A DNA stretch of 63,277 nucleotides, the filler included, from Stramenopiles sp. TOSAG23-2 (Eukaryota): the NCBI GenBank assembly GCA_900128395.1. It is 42 parts of 42 records of this genome, joined end to end, with 100 filler letters (N's around TTAATTAATTAA, not from the genome) between each part and the next. Parts side by side here need not be neighbours in the genome. Positions count along the whole stretch, not along the records: positions 60,379 to 61,778 come from LT652984.1; positions 61,879 to 63,277 come from LT652985.1; 40 more parts are not named here. One strand, 5' to 3'. Positions 60,379-63,277 of the stretch are shown here, in pieces. Numbering within the stretch: position 1 is the stretch's first letter; each line of letters starts with the position of its first letter. The translations under genes and the position numbers were made by a program. A model generated the notes under the pieces. That model did not search any database, was not told the origin of the DNA, and saw only the letters and a list, made by a program, of their open reading frames with translations.

Positions 60379-61253
60379 TTGCTTTTCCACCTTTTGAACG
60401 TAAAAGTGCAATGATCTCTTGGCGAATTGGACTACGATTATAATATGCACAGTCCAGGGGAGTGCGCCCCCCCCCCGTCCTTCTTATTAATGCTATTAAG
60501 AGTCATATGAGTTAATAACAATTGAATCAACTCGGTATTCTTTCCGTTCCAACGTGCTGCCCAATGTAATGCATTCCTTCCACCCCACAAATTATTAGGA
60601 TCAGCTTCACCTTGTTCAATCAAATATTTAACTATTTGGAAATGTTCGTATATTGCAGCTGCCATTAAAGGTGTATATCCAAAACCATTACTGCCTCTAC
60701 CGACTTGACTCACCATATCTTTCAATGTCACATCATCTCTGTAGCCATTCACATCACGATTAGTAATATACTTGTGAAAAGGATGAAGATTCATAAATAA
60801 TTCTACATCATCCATACGTCCGCGTTCACATGCACATACGATAGGTGTTGGTATTTGATCTTGATTCCATGATAATGTACCACGTGGAAACTCTCTTTGA
60901 TATCTTTCAATTAATAGATAAAGTCTTCTCGCTGGATGTGAAAGTCTCATCTCATTTATACTTCTTCTACCGTTATAATCAAGACTCAATGCTTCATCGC
61001 GAACACGTTCCAAATCATCAGATCCAAATTCTTTACTTAGTTGTTGCACTAAAGAAGATCGTTTCACATTACATAATGACTTAATATCTAAATATTGAAG
61101 CATATTTGTCATTATCCCACATGTTGACTCCACTCCAGCTGGTACAACAAATGAACCAATATAAATTTTTCGTAACGGTTTTTCTTTTAACGCTTCAATA
61201 GTTGACAACTTTAATCGTTTTGCCGGTGGTGAGTTAGTAGTTAAAGATGCCAT
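60379..61253 (-). CDS. F-box-like + ankyrin-repeat family protein with apparent +1 frameshift in a G10 run (60467-60476)
   Basis: GIMTNMLQYLDIKSLCNVK; LHPFHKYI; TPLMAAA; NALHWAA; removing one G gives GGGRTPLDCAYYNRSPIRQEIIALLRSKGGKA, matching paralogue 7595-7831. Confidence 0.88.
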
Positions 61254-61878
61254 TATAAATATTTTCTTCTCTCTCTCTCTCTCTTAATGATGATTCAATG
61301 CTAAAATTATCTTGAATCTCTTGGTGTAAATTATAATACACTACTAAGAAATGTGTGTGTGTGTTTAATAAAATATTCTACGAATACTTCACAAAAGCGT
61401 ATATATATAATATATATGATAATAATAATAAGAGTATAATATTCTATCCTCCAGTGATACGTTCCGTGTGATAGATGTGTCTATATATAACTACTTCTCG
61501 TATTGTTTACACTATATTGTTTTACTTCAACATATTCTTAGTTCATTCAGTATAGATTAATATATATATATTAATTAATGTTGTATGTAAATAATATCAA
61601 CACTATAATAAATAATAGGTTTTAAAATGAAAAAAAGCATTTCTTCAAGCCATGGAGACGGCTAGTGTAGAAATATGTCCGAAAGTGATAGTTGTTGTTT
61701 CTCTCCCTTTTAGCAAATCTCTCTCTCTCTCTCTCTTCTCTCTTGTTTTTAATTTGTAACATATGTGAAAATATGCAANNNNNNNNNNNNNNNNNNNNNN
61801 NNNNNNNNNNNNNNNNNNNNNNTTAATTAATTAANNNNNNNNNNNNNNNNNNNNNNNNNNNNNNNNNNNNNNNNNNNN

Positions 61879-62681
61879 TTCCCGTCCCCAGGGCCGCCGC
61901 CGTACTCTGAGCCGCTGCCTGGATAGCACATAGACATAGCTTGATCCCAGGAACAACCCATTGGACTTTGATTACATTCATTGTCGCTGTTGCAATAGGC
62001 ACAGTCCGATGAACACTCCTGCATCATATTTAATCGGCGGCGGCGAATCGGTGGGCCATAGCCAGATCCCATGCCATTCATTTCTTCGCAGACACCATCT
62101 TTGCATTCATTCGCATTCATGCAAGCATCGCCGTTTGGCTTTTTCTTACGGCATACCGGATAGTCACAAAATTGATCATTTGAACAATCACGATCCTTCG
62201 TGCAACTGGACATGCAAACCATATTTTCGCACTGGCCAGATGAACACTCAAACCAATCCATACAAGTCGCATCACCGCTTTTCCTGTTTACGCACGTAGC
62301 ACCATCACAATATTCCTTTGAATTATCACAATACATATAACCATCACAATTGGTGCTTGGCATTGTTGCATCATTATAACAGTAGCAACTGCCACCAGAT
62401 TCGCTACCACTGTTACCAGCGCCGCCTGATCCGCTACTACTGCTACCAGAAGCCACGCATACACCATCAGTACCAGCAGCACCAAAATTACAATTGTTAC
62501 TGATGCACTCAGAATCAGCAGTACAACTCTCCCCGTTATTATTTTTTGTAGAAGCCTCGCTACCACTGTTACCAGCGCTGCCTGATCCGCTACCATAATA
62601 TGCTGCCGTGCCATTAACAAGCGTGAGAGTATTGATGGAAAGATTAACCGCAATCAATAATAACAACAATATGATATTCAT
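61879..62681 (-). CDS. Secreted Cys/Gly/Ser-rich protein with Dickkopf-like C-x5-C-x4-C repeats, 3'-truncated
   Basis: Signal peptide; GESCTADSECISNNC, GDATCMDWFECSSGQC, GDACMNANECKDGVC; RRRRL motif. Confidence 0.8.
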
Positions 62682-63277
62682 TTTCTATTGCGTTAGGTTT
62701 CTTTCCTGTTGTTTTATAATAAATATATGTTTAAAGAAGTAACTTTTTCCAATACTAAGCCTCGTATGAAACTTTAAATGTATGTTATAAAAAACACTAT
62801 ATGTATATATGTGATATACTTATACTAATACAATAATATTCTCTGGATTAAAATGTATAATCGTTTACAAAAGTATTAATGAATTGATATATTCTATATA
62901 GTATTATTAATTACTTCTTTATTAAATTAATAATAGTATTATATGAATAATTATATAAATTGACAGAAGAATGTAAACCTTTTGAAAGTTATTTACTTTT
63001 CTTTTGTATATAACAATGCTTGCTATAAAACAACGTTGTATAATATTATATATAAATTATAATATACAATCAAAAGATCTGTTCATATACAGCCATAAAA
63101 AAGAATTATCTAAATTAAAATAAATATAAATACACTAATACAGAGTTTATGGTATTAAGTATTTATTTGATCTGATATATAGATCAATTGTATTTCTAAT
63201 ATATCGATTCATGCAAGTTGTGATTCCCTGCCCTGAAGTGTGTGGGTGTCAATAATGTGTCTCGTGTTGGTATATCA

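Noticed and set aside
1421-61878. Regularly spaced TTAATTAATTAA repeat (CRISPR-like or biological periodicity)
   Set aside because: Artificial six-frame-stop linker embedded in Ns between length-sorted contigs

Overview
This window is not a contiguous locus. It is 42 short contigs (about 1420 bp falling to about 1399 bp, sorted by length) joined by an artificial 100-bp linker, N44-TTAATTAATTAA-N44, so adjacency across linkers means nothing. The DNA is from an AT-rich, gene-dense, intron-poor flagellated microbial eukaryote. Evidence: a GT-AG intron, poly-Asn tracts, dynein heavy chain, TPGS2, SANBR, ODR4, VWA8, SLC12, SLC25 and SERBP1 homologues. By inference it is a heterotrophic stramenopile-like protist from a single-cell or metagenome assembly. 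Several contig ends carry exactly 55-nt shared sequences, consistent with a k=55 de Bruijn assembly. Most CDSs are fragments. The strongest signal is a set of immune-like genes: (i) a multicopy 26-aa LRR family whose nucleotide framework is nearly invariant while codons at exposed beta-strand positions are hypervariable, with tandem and 5'-truncated terminal cassettes and a kinase-LRR junction; (ii) a multicopy F-box-like/ankyrin family with the same pattern, one member ending in CaaX; (iii) a TIR domain with its catalytic Glu fused to an SF1-helicase-like P-loop. Also present are apparent pseudo-enzymes (dNK-like, PEPCK-like), two dispersed non-coding repeat families and a recurrent intergenic TACCWGGTA palindrome. 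All family assignments are by motif recognition, not database search.
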